Positions 45,001-64,000 of a stretch of 64,000 nt of DNA are shown in pieces (within the stretch, counting starts at the first letter, position 1; the number at the start of each line of letters is the position of its first letter). A program made the translations under genes and the position numbers. The notes under the pieces are model-generated. The model was given only the letters and a program-made list of their open reading frames with translations, searched no databases and had not been told where the DNA came from. The DNA comes from the human T2T-CHM13v2.0 reference genome, Homo sapiens, in assembly GCF_009914755.1 (NCBI RefSeq), contig NC_060925.1, one strand, 5' to 3'.

Positions 45001-46193
45001 GAGATGCATCACCTGGGTGATCAGTGCGGAGATACGTCACAATGTCTCCAGTAGGCAGAGCCTAGACAAGAGATGCATCACCTGGGTAATCAGTGCGGAG
45101 ATACGTCACAATGTCTCCAGTAGGCAGATCCAAGACAAGAGTCTGTCACCTGGGTGATCAGTGCAGAAATATGTCACAATGCCCCCTTAGGCAGAGCCTA
45201 GACAAAAGCCCCATCACCTGGATGATCAGTGCAGAGTTATGTCACAAAGTCTCTTTTGGCAGATCCTAGACAAGAGTTACATCTCTTGGATTATCTGTGC
45301 AGAGATATGTTTCAATCCCCCTGTGGGCACGGGCTAGACAAGTGTTACATTACCACGGCTACCAGTGCAGAGATATGTCAAAATGCCCTGTAGGCAGAGC
45401 CTACACAAGTGTTACATCACTTAGGTGATCAGTGCAGAGATATGTCACAATACCCCCTGTAAGCAAAGCCTAGACAAGAGTTATGTCACCTGGGTGATCA
45501 GTGCAGAGATATGTGAGAAGGCCCTGTTAAGCAGAGCCTAGACAATAGTTACGTCACCTGAGTGATCAGTGCAGAGGTCTGTCACAATGCCCCTTTAGGC
45601 AGAGCTTAGATCAGAGTTACATCACCTGGGTGATCAGTGCAGAGATATGTCACAATGCCCCCATAGGAAATCCAAGACAAGAGTCGGTCACCTGGGTGAT
45701 CAGTGCAGAAATATGTGACAATGCCCCGAATAGGCAGAGCCTAGAGAAGAGTCCCGTCACCTGAGTGATCAGTGCAGAGATATTTCACAATGCCCCTGCA
45801 GGCAGAGCATATGCAAGTGTTACATCACCTACATGATCAGTGCAGAGTTATGTCACAAGGCCCCCTATAGGCAGAGCCTGGACAAGAGTTACATCACCTC
45901 AGTGATCAATGCAGCGATATATCACTAGGTCCCGTAGACAGAGCGTAGTGAAGCGTTACCTCACCTGTGTGATCAGTGCAGAGATATGTCACAATGCCCC
46001 CATACACAGAGCCTAGACAAGAGTCTCATCACCTGGGTGATCAGTGCAAAAATATGTCACAATGCCCCCATAGGCAGATCCAAGACAAGAGTTACATCAC
46101 CAGGGTGATCAGTGCAGAGATATGACACAAAGCCCCTGTAGGCAGAGCCTAGACAAGTGTTTCATCACTTTGTTGATCAGTTCAGAGATGTTT
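42045..46193 (+). repeat. Beta satellite array, block 6
   Basis: ~68-bp monomers, plus orientation. Confidence 0.96.
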
Positions 46194-46778
46194 CATGCTG
46201 ACTGTTTGCTCCCGGAGCTCTGCGGGCACCCAGAAACATGCAAGGAAGGGTGAAAGACCAGCATGGTGCCTTCGCTCTCCTTGCAGTTTCCAAACCGGCC
46301 ACACTGCAGACTTCCCATGTTGCCGCACAAGGGAATCCATCTTCAGGTCATCACGCCGGGGAGGCATCTTCCCTCTGGGGTCTCGCTCTGGTCTCCTACA
46401 TGGAAATGAACGAGAGCCACAAGCCTGCGTGTGTGCGACTATCCTGGCAACGGCGACACCCACAGGCACGGCCTTCTTCACAGAGAGAGGGCCTGGAACA
46501 CTCAAGACTCCCATGGAGGTTAAGTTCCAAACTCCCCTCCACCGTCCCAGGCCGGTTTCTCCCTGCTGAAGATGCGTGGGAGCCCAGAGAGTGGCTTCCT
46601 GTTCCCGCGGGATTCTTGGAGAAGTCCGAAGAGCCAGCCCCCGAAACGCACCCCCCTCACCCGTTCCCTCTCGCCCCCTTCCTCTTGGTCTCTCAGGCCC
46701 CACCACCACCATCACCACGCCCTCCCCCCCAACCATACCACACCCCGGCCGCAGGCTTCCTCGCCCTGGGACCCTTCC

Positions 46779-48242
<1,464 letters not shown>

Positions 48243-48941
48243 GACGCGGGGTTGGGACTGGGTCGGGTCGGGGCAGGGCAGTGGCCTCTTTCATGGGGAA
48301 CACCTGGCTGGCTATGGAGGTATGTGTCTTCCCTCTGCCCCCTCCACCGGGCTGACTGGCCTGGGATTCCTGCCTTCTAGGTCTAGGCCCAGTGAGAAAC
48401 TCCACCCAGCGGAGAACTGCCATTCTTTCCTGGGCATCACAGGTATCCCAGAGCAGGTCGAGGTACCAGCAGGTGGGCCGCCTATGGCACATGAGCGTGT
48501 TTGCGGGCAGCAACCTGGGCCATGGGAGCAGCCCGTGGAGAGCTCTCATGCCTTTCCACCACCCCACCCACGCCTGACCAACCCCTCCCCACCCCCACAC
48601 ACCACCCCCAGAAAATGCATCCTCCCCTGGGCTGGGTGTAGACCACTGTCCCGCGAAATACTGGGCCCGCGCAACGTCCAGGCCTGACATCCCTCTGGTG
48701 GCTCGCCTACTCTGCACCTCCGCGCCACCGTGGCCTGCCCGCGCGTGCCCTGCAGCCTCCCAGCCGCCACCATGGAGTGCCTGGTGGCAGAACACAGACC
48801 TCTAGCTCTCTTTTCCGGCCTCCTGGCTAGACTTGCGCTCATTGCGCACTCCGGCTGACTTGCAAGGGAGCCTGCTGGCCTCTCTGTGCCCTTGTACATC
48901 CGCGAAATTCTGGCTGAGGCTCTCCCAACTCCTTCTGACGC

Positions 48942-51900
48942 TCTTTAGTCAGAGACTGGAGAATTGTTATATCTCCTGGATGATCGGATAAGAAATATGT
49001 CACAATGCCCCCTCCCTGCGGAGCCTAGAGAAGATTTGCATCATTTGGGTGATCAGTGCAGAGATATATCACAATGTCCCCTGTACAAAAAGCCTGGAAA
49101 TGATTTACATCACCTCGGTGATCAGTGCAGAGGTATGTCAGAAATCCCCAGTAGGCTGAACATAGACAGGGGTTACATCACTTAGGTGATCAGTGTAGAG
49201 ATATGTGAAAATTCCTATGTAGACAGAGCCTAGACAAGTGTTACATCACCTACTGATCCGTGCAGGGATAAGTCATAAAGCCTCCTGTAGGCAGAGTGTA
49301 GACAAGTGTTTCCTCCCTGGGGTGATCAGTGAGGAGATATGTCACAAAGCCCCAGTAAGCAGAACCTTGACAAGGGTTACATCACCTGTTTGATCAGTGG
49401 AAATGTATATCACAAAGCCCCCTGTAGGAAAAGCCCAGACAATTGTTGCATCACCTGGGTGAGCAGTGGATAGATCTGTCTCTATGCCCCTGTAGGTAGA
49501 GCTTAGATAAGTGTTACATCACCTGGGTGATCAGTGCAGGGATATGTCAAAACCCTCCTGTAGGCTGAACCTAGACAGGAGTTACATCACCTGGGTGATC
49601 AGTGCAGAGATATCTGGGAATTCCCGTGTAGGCAGAGTCTGGACAAGTGTTACATCACCTAGGTTATCAGTGCAGGTATAAGTCATAAAGCCTCCTGTAG
49701 GCAGAGCATAGACAAGAGATCCCACCCCAGGGTGATCAGTGCAGAGATGTGTCACAAAGCCCCTGCAGGCAGAGCCTAGACAAGTGTTTCATCACTTAGT
49801 TGACCAGTTCAGAGATGTGTCACAATGTCCATGTAGGCAGATCTAATCAAGAGTTCATCACCTGGGTGATCTGTGCAGAGATATGTACCAATGTCCCCTG
49901 TAGGCAGTGTCTAGACAAGAGTTGCATCACCTCAGAGATCAGTGCATAGATATGTCACAAAGCCTTCTGTAGGCAAAGCCCGTACAATGATTACATCACC
50001 TAGGTGATCAGTGCAGTGATATGTCACAAAAAACCCTGTAGACAGATCCTAGAAAAGAGTTACATCACCTGGGTGATCAGTGCAGATATTTGACACAGTA
50101 CCCCCATAGAGAGAGCCTAGGCAAGACTTCCATCACCTGGTTGATCAGTGCAGAGATATGTCAAAAATCTCCCTCTAGACAGAGTATAGAGAAGAGTCCC
50201 ATCACCTGGATGATCAGTGCAGAGATATTTCACAATGTCCCCTGTAGTCAGAGAGTGGACAAGAGTTAAATAACATAGGTGGTCTGTGCAGAGCAATGTC
50301 AAAACGCCCCTGTAGGCAGAGCTTAGGTAAATGTTACATCACCTGGGTGATCAGTGCAGAGATACGTCACAATACCCCCTGTAGGTGGAGCCTAGACAAC
50401 AGCTACATCACCTGGGTGTTCACTACAGAAATATGTCACAAAGCCCCTGTAGGCATAGCCTAAACAAGAGTTACATCTCCTGGGTGATCAGTGCAGAAAT
50501 ATGTCACAAAGCCCCTGTAGGCTGAGCCTAGAAAAGGGTTACATCTCCTGGGTGATCAGTGCAAAGATATGTCACAAAGCCCCCTGTAGACAAATCCCAG
50601 AAAATTGTTACATCACCTGGGTGATCAGTGGAGATATCTGACACAATTCCCCTTTTAGGCGCAGCTTAGGCAAGCGTTACATCACATGAGTGATCAGTGC
50701 AGAGATATGTCACTATGCCCCCATGGGTAGATCCAAGACAAGAGTACATCACCTGGGTGATAAGTTCAGAAGTAGGTCTCAATGCCGCCAGAAGGCAGAT
50801 ATAGACAAGAGTTTCATCAACTGCGTGATCACTGCAGAGTTATGTCACAATGCCCCTGTAGGCAGAGCCTAGACAAGGGTTACTTCACCTGGTGATCAGT
50901 GAAGAGATGTGTCACAAGCACCCTGTAGCCAGAGCCTAGACAAGTGTTACATCAGCTCGGTGATGAGTGCAGTGACATGTCACAGTGTCCCTGCAGCCAT
51001 ATCCTTGACAATACTGACATCACCTGGGTGATCAGTGCGGAGATATGTCACAATGTCTCCAGTAGGCAGAGCCTAGACAAGAGTTACATCACCTGGGTGA
51101 TCAGGACAGAGATATGCCACAATGCCCCCTGTATGCTGATCCCAGACAAGAGTTGCATCATCTCAGTGATCAGTGAAGAGATATGTGTCAATGCCCCCTG
51201 TCAGCGAAGCCTATACAAGAGTTACATCATCTCGGTGATCAGTGCAGTGATATGTTAAAATGCCCCTGTAGGCAGAGCCTAGACAAGAGTTACACCACCT
51301 GGGTCATCAATGCAGAGATATGTCATAAATCCTACTGTAGGCAAAGCCTAGACAAGTTTTACATCACCTCAGTGATCACTGCAGAGATATGTCCCAATGT
51401 CTCTCAAGGCAGAGATTAGACAAGAGTCACATCTCCTGCGTGATCAGTGCAGAGATAAGTCACATAGCCCCCATAGGCAGAGCCTAGATAAGAGTTACAT
51501 AACCCGGGTGATCTGTGCAGAGTGATATCACAACGCCCTCTGTAGGCAGAGAATAGAAAAGAGTTACATCACCTGGGTGATCAGTGCAGAGATATGTCAC
51601 AATGTCCCCTGTAGGCAAAGCCTAGGCAAGAGCCAAATCACCTTTTTCATCAGTTCAGACATATGTCAAAACGCCCCTTTTGGCAGAGACTAGAGAAGGG
51701 TTACATCACCTTTGTCATCAGTTCAGGGATATGTAAAAACGCCCCTTTTGGCAGAGCCTAGACAAGCGTTACATCACCCAGTTGATCAGTGCAGAGATAT
51801 TTCACAATAATCCCTGCAGGCAGATCCCAGACAAGAGTTGAATGACCTGGGTGATGAGTGCAGAGATATTTCACTATGCCCCCTTTCAGCAGAGGGTAGA

Positions 51901-54900
51901 CAAGAGTTACATCACCTAGGTAATCAGTGCAGAGATTTGTCGAAATTCCCTGTAGGCAGTGCTTATAAAAGTGTTTCATCACCTAAGTGATCAGTGCAGA
52001 GATATGTCACAAGCTCCTGTAGGCAGAACTTAGATGAGTTACGTTACCTGGGTTATCAGGGCAAAGTTATGTCACAAAGCCCCCTGTAGGCAAAGCCTAG
52101 ACAATAGTTACATCACTTGGGTGATCAGTAGCGAGATCTATCAGAATTCCCCTGTTGGCAGAGCTTATACAACAGTTACATCACCTGGGTGATCAGTGCA
52201 GAGATATGTCACAATGCCCCCATAGCCAGATCAGAGACAAGAGTCCGTCACCTGGGTGATCAGTGCAGAAATATGTCACAATGCCCCCTAAGGCAGAGCT
52301 TAGACAAAAACCCCATCACCTGGATGATCAGTGCAGAGTTATGTCACAAAGTCCCTTTAGGCAGATCCTAGACAAGAGTTACATCACTTAGATGATCAGT
52401 GCAGAGATATGTCACAATGCCACTGTAGGCAGAGCCTAGACAAGTGTTACACGACGTAAGTTATCTGGACAGAGATACCTCACAATGTCCCTGTAGGCAG
52501 AGCCTTGACAATTGTTATATCATCTGGGTGATCATTGCAGTGATATGTCCCAAAGCACCCTTTAGGCAGATCCTAGAAAAGAGTTACATCACCTGGGTGA
52601 TCAGTGCAGAGATATGTCACAATGCCACTGTAGGCAGAGCCTAGGCAAGAGTTACATGACCCAGGTGATCAGTGAAGAGATACATCGCAATGCCCCTGTA
52701 GGCATAGCCTTGACAAGTGGTATATCACCTGGGTGATCATTGCAGGGATATGTCACAAAGCACACTGTTGGCAGATCGTAGAGAAGAGTTATATCACCTG
52801 GGTGATCAGTGCAGAGATATGTCACAAGGCCCCTGTAGCCAGAGCCTAGAAAAGTGTTATATCACCTGGGTGATCAGTGCAGTGATATATCACAATGCCG
52901 TGTAGCCAGAGCCTAGACTAAAGTTACAGCACCTGGGAGATCAATGCAGAGATATGTCACAATGTCCCCAGTAGGCAGAGACCAGGCAAGAGTTGGATCA
53001 CCTCGGGATCAGTGCAGAGATATGTCTCAATCCCCCTGTGGGCACAGCGTAGACAAGAGTTACGTCACCTCGGTTAACAGTGCAGAGATATGTCAAAATG
53101 CCCCTGTAGGCAGAGCCTACACAAGTGATACATCACTTTGGTGATCAGTGCAGGGATATGTCACAATACCCCGTTAGCAGAGCCTAGACAAGAGTTACAT
53201 CACCTGGGTGATGAGTGCAGAGATATGTGACAAGGCCCCTTTAAGCAGAGCCTAGACAATACTTGCATCACCTGAGTGATCAGTGCACAGATCTGTCACA
53301 ATTCCCCTTTAGGCAGAGCTTAGAGCAGAGTTATATCACCTGGGTGATCAGTGCAGAGATATGTCACAATGCCCCCATAGGCAGATCCAAGACAAGAGTC
53401 CATCACCTGGGTGATCAGTGCAAAGGTATGTCACAAAGTCCCCTGTAGGCCAATCCTTGACAATAGTTACATCACTTGGGTGATCAGTGGTGAGATCTCT
53501 CACAATTCCCCAGTAGGCAGAGCTTATACAACAGTTACATCACCTGGATGATCAGTGCAGAGATATGTCACAATGCCGCCATAGGCAGATCCAAGACAAG
53601 AGTCTGTCACCTGGGTGATCAGTGCAGAAATATGTCACAATGCCCCCTTAGGCAGAGCCTAGACAAAAGCCCCATCACCTGGATGATCAGTGCAGAGTTA
53701 TGTCACAAAGTCTCTTTAGGCAGACCCTAGACAAGTGTTACATCACTTGGATGATCAGAGCAGAGATATGTCACAATGCCCCTGTAGGCAGAGCCTAGAC
53801 AAGAGTCCCATCACCTGGGTGGTCAGTGCAGAGTTATGTCACAATGCCCCCTTTTGGCAGAGCCTAGACAAAGGTTATATCACCTGGGTGATGTGTGCAG
53901 AGATATCTCACAAGTCCCCTGTAGCCAGAGCCTAGACAAGATTTACATCAGGTGTGTGAGCAGTGCAGTGACTTGTCACAATGCCCCGTAGACATATCCT
54001 TGACAAAAGTGACATCACCTGGGTGATAAGTGTGGAGATATGTCACAATGTCTCCAGTAGGCAGAGCCTAGACAAGAGTTACATCACCTGGGTGATCAGG
54101 GCAGAGACAAGTCACAATGCCCCCAATAAGCAGATCCCAGACAAGAGTTGCATCACCTCGGTGATCAGTGCAGAGATATGTCTCAATGCCCCCTGTCGGT
54201 GAAGCCTATAAAACAGTTACTTCATCTAGGTGATCAGTGCAGTCATATGTCAAAATGCCATTGTAGGCAGAGCCTAGACAAGAGTTACATCACCTGGGTG
54301 ATCAGTGCAGAGATATGTCACAATGCCACTGTAGGTGGAGCCCAGACAAGTGTTACATAACCTAGGTGATCAGTGCAGAAATACATCGGAATGTCCCTGT
54401 AGGCAGAGCCTTGACCAGTGGTACATCACCTGGGTGATCATTGAAGGGATATGTCACAATGCACCCTTTAGGCAGATCCTGGAAAAGAGTTACATCACCT
54501 GGGTGATCAGTGCAGAGATATGTCACAATGCCACTGTAGGCAGAGCCTAGACAAGAGTAACATGACCTAGGTGATCAGTGCAGAGTTACATCGCAATGCC
54601 CCTGTAGGCAGAGCCTTGACAAGTGGTATATCACCTGGGTGATCATTGCGGGGATATGTCACAAAGCATCCTGTAGGCAGATACTAGAGAAGAGTTATAT
54701 CACCTGGGTGATCAGTGTGGAGATATGTCACAAGCCCCCTGTTGGCAGAGCCTAGACAAGAGTTACATCAGCTGTGTGATCAGTGCAGTGACATGTCACA
54801 GTGTCCCTGTAGCCATATCCTTGACAAAAGTGACATCACCTGGGTGATCAGTGCGGAGATATGTCACAATGTCTCCAGTAGGCAGAGCCTAGACAAGAGA

Positions 54901-56155
54901 TGCATCACCTGGGTAATCAGTGCAGAGATACGTCACAATGTCTCCAGTAGGCAGAGCCTAGACAAGAGTTACATCACCTGGGTGATCAGTGCAGAGATAT
55001 GTCACAATGCCACCATAGGCAGATCCAAGACAAGAGTCTGTCACCTGGGTGATCAGTGCAGAAATATGTCACAATGCCCCCTTAGGCAGAGCCTAGACAA
55101 ATCCCCATCACCTGGATGATCAGTGCAGAGTTATGTCACAAAGTCTCTTTTGGCAGATCCTAGACAAGAGTTACATCTCTTGGATTATCTGTGCAGAGAT
55201 ATGTTTCAATCCCCCTGTGGGCACGGGCTAGACAAGTGTTACATTACCACGGCTACCAGTGCAGAGATATGTCAAAATGCCCTGTAGGCAGAGCCTACAC
55301 AAGTGTTACATCACTTAGGTGATCAGTGCAGAGATATGTCACAATACCCCCTGTAAGCAAAGCCTAGACAAGAGTTATGTCACCTGGGTGATCAGTGCAG
55401 AGATATGTGAGAAGGCCCTGTTAAGCAGAGCCTAGACAATAGTTACATCACCTGAGTGATCAGTGCAGAGGTCTGTCACAATGCCCCTTTAGGCAGAGCT
55501 TAGATCAGAGTTACATCACCTGGGTGATCAGTGCAGAGATATGTCACAATGCCCCCATAGGAAATCCAAGACAAGAGTCGGTCACCTGGGTGATCAGTGC
55601 AGAAATATGTGACAATGCCCCGAGTAGGCAGAGCCTAGAGAAGAGTCCCATCACCTGAGTGATCAGTGCAGAGATATTTCACAATGCCCCTGCAGGCAGA
55701 GCATATGCAAGTGTTACATCACCTACATGATCAGTGCAGAGTTATGTCACAAGGCCCCCTATAGGCAGAGCCTGAACAAGAGTTACATCACCTCAGTGAT
55801 CAATGCAGTAATATGTCACTATGCCCCGTAGGCAGAGCCTAGTCAAGCGTTACATCACCTCGGTGATCAGTGCAGAGATATTTCACAAAGCCCCCATACA
55901 CAGAGCCTAGACAAGAGTCCAATCACCTGGGTGATCAGTGCAGAAATGTGTCACAATGGCCCCATAGGCAGATCCAACACAAGGGTTACATCACCTGGGT
56001 GATCAGTGTAGAGATATGTCACAATGCGCCCATAGGCAGTGCCTAGACAAAAGTCCCATCACCTGGGTGATCAGTGCAGAGATATGTCACAAAGCCCCTG
56101 TAGGCAGAGCCTAGACAAGAGTTACATCACTTTGTTGATCAGTTCAGAGATGTGT
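48942..56155 (+). repeat. Beta satellite array, block 7
   Basis: ~68-bp monomers, plus orientation. Confidence 0.96.
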
Positions 56156-58922
<2,767 letters not shown>

Positions 58923-61900
58923 ACTTTAGTCAAAGCCTGGAGAATTGTTACATCTCCTGGATGATCAGTTCAGAATTATGTCACAATGACCCTTCGCTGC
59001 AGAGCCTAGAGAAGATTTGCATCATTTGGGTGATCAGTACAGAGATACATCACAAAGTCTGCTGTACAAAAAGCCTGGAAATGATTTACATCACCTCGGT
59101 GATCAGTGCATAGGTATATCAGAAATCCCCAGTAGGCTGAACCTAGACAAGGGTCAGAATACTTAGGTGATCAGTGTAGAGATACATGAAAATTCCCGTG
59201 TAGACAGAACCTAGAGAAGTGTTACATCACCTAGTGATCAGTGCAGGGATAAGTCGTAAAACCTCCTATAGGCAGAGTGTAGACAAGTGTTTCCTCTCTG
59301 GGGTGATCAGTACAGAGATATGTCACAAAGCCCCTGTAAGCAGAACCTTGAAAAGGGTTCCATTGGCTGTTTGATCAGTGGAAATATATATCACAAAGCC
59401 CCCTGTAGGCAAAGCCCATACAATTGTTCCATCACCTGGATCAGCAGTGGAGAGATAGGTAAAAATGACCCTGTAGGCAGAGCTTAGACAAGGGTTACAT
59501 CACCTGGGTGATCAGTGTAGAGATATGTCAAAACGCTCCTGTATTCTGAACCTAGACAGGAGTTACATCACCTGGGTTATCAGTGCAGAGATATGTGAGA
59601 AGTCCCGTGTAGGCAGAGCCTAGACAAGTGTTACATCAGCTAGGTTATCAGTGCAGGTATAAGTCATAAAGCCTCCTGTAGGCAGAGCGTAGACAAAAGT
59701 TCCCTCCCCAGGATGACCAGTGCAGAGATGTGTCACAAAGCCCATGTAGACAGAGCCTAGACAAGAGTTTCATCACTTGGTTGATCAGTTCAGAGATGTG
59801 TCACAATGTCCATGTAGGCAGATCTAAGACAAGGGTCCACCACCTGGGTGAAAAGTGCAGAGAAATGTACCAATGTCCCGTGTAGGCAGCGCCTAGACAA
59901 GAGTTGCATCACTTCCGAGATTGGTTCAAAGATATGTCACATAGCCTTTTGTAGTCAAAGCCCATACAAGGCTTACCTCACCTAGGTGATCAGTGCAGTG
60001 ATATGTCACAAAAATCCCTGTAGACAGAGCCTAGACAAGAGTTACATCACCTGGGTGATCAGTGCAGAGATATCTCACAATACCCCCTGTAAGGAGAGCC
60101 TAGACAAGAGTTACATCACCTGGGTGATCAGTGCAGAGATATGTCATAAATCAAACCATAGGCAAAGCCTAGACAAGTTTTATATCACCTCAGCGATCAG
60201 TGCAGAGATATGTCCCAATGTACCTCTATTCAGAGCTTAGTCAATAGTCACATCTCCTCGGTGATCAGTGCAGAGATAAGTCACAATGCCACCATTGGCA
60301 GAGCCTAGACAATACTTACATAAAATGGGTGATCCGTGCAGATATAAGTCACAATGCCCCCATAGGCAGAGCCTAGACACGCGGTACATAACCTGGGTGA
60401 TTCCTGCAGAGTGATATCACAACCCACTCTGTAGGCAGAGACTAGAAAAGAGTTACATCACCTGGGTGATCAGGGCAGAGATATGTCACAATGTCCCATG
60501 TAGGCAGAGCATAGAGAAGAGTTGCATCACCTGGATGATCAGTGCAGAGAAATGTCACAATGTCCCCTGTAGGCAAAGCCTTGGCAAGAGTTACATCACC
60601 TAAGTCATCAGTTCAGGGATATGTGAAAACGCCCCTGTAGGCAGAGCCTAGACAAGAGTTACATCACCTAGTTGATCAGTGGAGATATATTTCAAAATAC
60701 CCCTTGTAGGCAGATTCTAGTCAAGAGTTGAATCACCTGGGTGATCAGTGCAGAGATATTTCACAATACCCCCTTTGGGCAGAGGGTAGATAAGAGTTAC
60801 AACACCTAGGTGATCAGTGCAGAGATTTGTCAAAATTCCCTGTAGGCAGTGCTTATAAAGGTGTTACATCACCTAAGTGATCAGTGCAGAGATATGTCAC
60901 AATGCTCCTGTAGGCAAAAGGTAGATGAGTTACATCACCTGGGTGATCAGTGCAAAGGTATGTCACAAAGCCACCTGTAGGCAAAGCCTAGACAATTGTT
61001 ACATCACTTGGGTGATCAGTGGTGAGATCTCTCACAATTCCCCTGTAGGCAGAGCTTATACAACAGTGACATCACCTGGGTGATCAGTGCAAAGATATGT
61101 CACGATGCCCCCATAGGCAGATCCAAGACAAGAGTCCGTCACCTGGGTGATCAGTGCAGAAATATGTCACAATGCCCCCTTAGGCAGAGCCTAGACAAAA
61201 GCCCCATCACCTGGATGATCAGTGGAGAGTTATGTCACAAAGTCCCTTTAGGCAGATCCTAGACAAGAGTTACATCACTTGGATGATCAGTACAGAGATA
61301 TATCACAATGCCACTGTAGGCAGAGCCCAGACAAGTGTTACATTTCCTAGGTGATCAGTGTAGAGATACATCGCAATGTCCCTGTAGGCAGAGCCTTGAC
61401 AAGTGGTACATCATCTGGGTGATCATTGCAGGGATATGTCAAAAAGCACCCTGTAGGCAGATCCGAGAAAAGAGGTACATCACCTGGTTGATCAGTGGAG
61501 AGATATGTCACAATGCCACAGTAGGCAGAGCCTAGACAACTGTAACATGACCTAGGTGATCAGTGCAGACACATCGCAATGTCCCTGTAGGCAGAGCCTT
61601 GACAAGTGGTATATCACCTGGGGGATCATTGCAGGGATATATCACAAAGCAACCTGTAGGCACATCCTAGAGAAGAGTTATATCACCTGGGTGATCAGTG
61701 GAGAGATATGTCACAAGCCCCCAGTAGGCAGAGCTTAGACAAGAGTTATATCACCTGGGTGATCAGTGCAGTGATATGTCACAATGACGTGTAGCCAGAG
61801 CCTAGACTAAAGTTACAGCACCTGGGAGATCAGTGCAGAGATATGTCACAATGTCCCCAGTAGGCAGAGACCAGGCAAGAGTTGGATTACCTCGGGATCA

Positions 61901-64000
61901 GTGCAGAGATATGTCTCAATTCCCCTGTGGGCACAGCCTAGATAAGAGTTACATCACCTCGGTTAACAGTGCAGGGATATGTCAAAATGCCCCTGTAGGC
62001 AGAGCCTGCACAATTTTTACATCACTTATGTGATCAGTGCAGAGATATGTCACAATAACCCCTGTAAGCAGAAGCTAGACAAGAGTTACATCACCTGGGT
62101 GATGAGTGGCGAGATATGTGACAAGGTCCCTTTAATCAGAGCCTAGACAATAGTTACGTCACCTGAGTGATCAGTGCAGAGATCTATCACAGTGCCCATT
62201 TAGGCAGAGTTCAGACCAGAGTTACATCACCTGGGTGATCAGTGCAGAGATATGTCACAGTGCCCCCATAGGCAAATCCAAGACAAGAGTCCGTCACCTG
62301 GGTGATCAGTGCAGAAATATGTGACAATGCCCCCAGTAGGAAGAGCCTAGAGAAGAGTCCCATCACCTGGGTAATCAGTGCAGAGATATTTCACAATGCC
62401 CCTTCAGGCAGAGCATAAGCAAATGTTACATCACGTAGATCATCAGTTCAGAGATATGTCACAAGGCCCCCTATAGGCAGAGCCTGGACAAGAGTTACAT
62501 CAACTCGGTGATCAATGCAGTGATATGTAACTATGCCCTGTTTGCAGAACCTAGTCAAGCGTTACATCACATGGGTGATCAGTGCAGAGATATGTCACAA
62601 AGCCCCCATACACAGAGCTTAGATAAGAGTCCCGTCACTTTGGTGATCAGTGCAGAAATATGTCACAATGCCCCCATAGGCAGATCCAACACAAGATTTA
62701 CATCAACTGGGTGGTCAGTGTACAGATATGTCACAATTACCCCATAGGCTGAGCCTAGACAAAAGTCCCATCACCTGGGTGATCAGTGCAGAGATATGTC
62801 ACAAAGCCCTTGTAGGCAGAGCCTAAACAACTTACATCACCTTGGTGATCAGTGCAGAAATATGTCACAAAGCTTCTGTAGGCCGAGCCTAGAAAAGTTT
62901 TACATCTCCTGGGTGATCAGTGCAAAGTTATGTCACAAAGCCCCCTGTAGACAAACACAAGAATATTGTTACATCACCTCGGTGATCACTGGAGACATGT
63001 GTCACAATTCCACTTTAGGCGCAGCTTAGACAAGCGTTACATCACATGACTGATCAGTGCAGAGATATGTCACTATGCCCCCATAGGCTGATCCAAGACA
63101 AGAGTCCATCACCTGGGTGATCAGTACAGAAATATGCCACAATGCCGCCAGTAGGCAGATATAGAAAAGAGTTACATCACCTCCGTGAACACTGCAGAGA
63201 TATGTCACAATGTCCCTGTAGGCAGAGCCGAGACAAGTGTCCCATCACCTGGGTGATCAGTGCAGAGTTATGTCACAATGCCCCCTTTTGGCAGAGCCTA
63301 GAGAAGGGTTACATCACCTGGGTGATCAGTGTAGAGATGTGTCACAAGCCCCCTGAAGCCAGAGCCTAGACAAGTGGTACATCAGCTGTGTGATCAGTGC
63401 AGTGACATGTCACAATGTTCCTGTAGCCATATCCTTGACAAAAGTGACATCACCTGGGTGATCAGTGTGGAAATATGTCACAATGTCTCCAGTAGGCAGA
63501 GCCTAGACAAGAGTTACACCACCTGGGTGATCAGGGCAGAGATATGTCAGAATGTCCCCTGTAAGCATATCCCAGACAAGAGTTGCATCACCTCGGTGAT
63601 CAGTGCACATATATGTCTCAATGCCACCTGTCGTCGAAGCCTATGCAAGAGTTACATCATCTCGGTGATCAGTGCAGTGATATGTGAAAATGCCCCTGTA
63701 GGCAGAGCCTAGACAAGAGTTACATCATCTGGCTGATCAGTGCAGAGATATCTCACAATACCCCCTGTAAGCAGAGCCCAGACAAGAGTTACATCACCTG
63801 GGTGATCGGTGCAGTAATATGTCATAAATCCCACTGTAGGCAAAGCCTAGACAAGTTTTACGTCACCTCAGCGATCAGTGCAGTGATATGTCCCAATGTC
63901 CCTCTAGGCAGAGCTTAGACAAGAGTCTCATCTCCTGGGTGATCAATGCAGAGGTAAGTCACAATGCCACCATAGGCAGAGCCTAGACAAGAGTTACATA
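58923..64000 (+). repeat. Beta satellite array, block 8
   Basis: ~68-bp monomers, plus orientation; runs off the window end. Confidence 0.96.

Noticed and set aside
49839-49849. AGATCTAATCA resembling the DUX4 binding motif TAAYYBAATCA
   Set aside because: Two mismatches in the first half-site and present in a single monomer only; chance variant.

Overview
Primate (human-like) heterochromatic repeat DNA, not a prokaryotic locus. The window is a composite of 68-bp beta satellite (Sau3A/BSR; consensus GATCAGTGCAGAGATATGTCACAATGCCCCTGTAGGCAGAGCCTAGACAAGAGTTACATCACCTGGGT) interrupted by seven ~2.7-2.8 kb D4Z4/LSau-like units and one 172-bp 3' remnant. Each unit carries a DUX4-like double-homeobox pseudogene. 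Each unit runs: D4Z4 promoter region, DUX4-like exon 1, exon-2-like segment/KpnI boundary, pLAM/exon-3-like tail, then beta satellite. This resembles the distal end of the 4qA D4Z4 array, but no copy has the ATTAAA poly(A) signal. All seven DUX ORFs have premature stops, mostly CGA>TGA. Everything left of ~32817 is on the minus strand and everything to the right is on the plus strand. The switch lies at a 12-bp palindrome and is flanked by two sister DUX copies sharing diagnostic deletions. This type of composite is known from acrocentric short arms and pericentromeres, but the chromosome and DUX4L locus numbers cannot be assigned from this sequence alone. I find no intact protein-coding gene and no support for a novel biological system. 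The main interest is structural and evolutionary, plus one homeodomain-less DUX4 C-terminal ORF. Comparisons with canonical D4Z4/DUX4/pLAM are from memory, not from an alignment.
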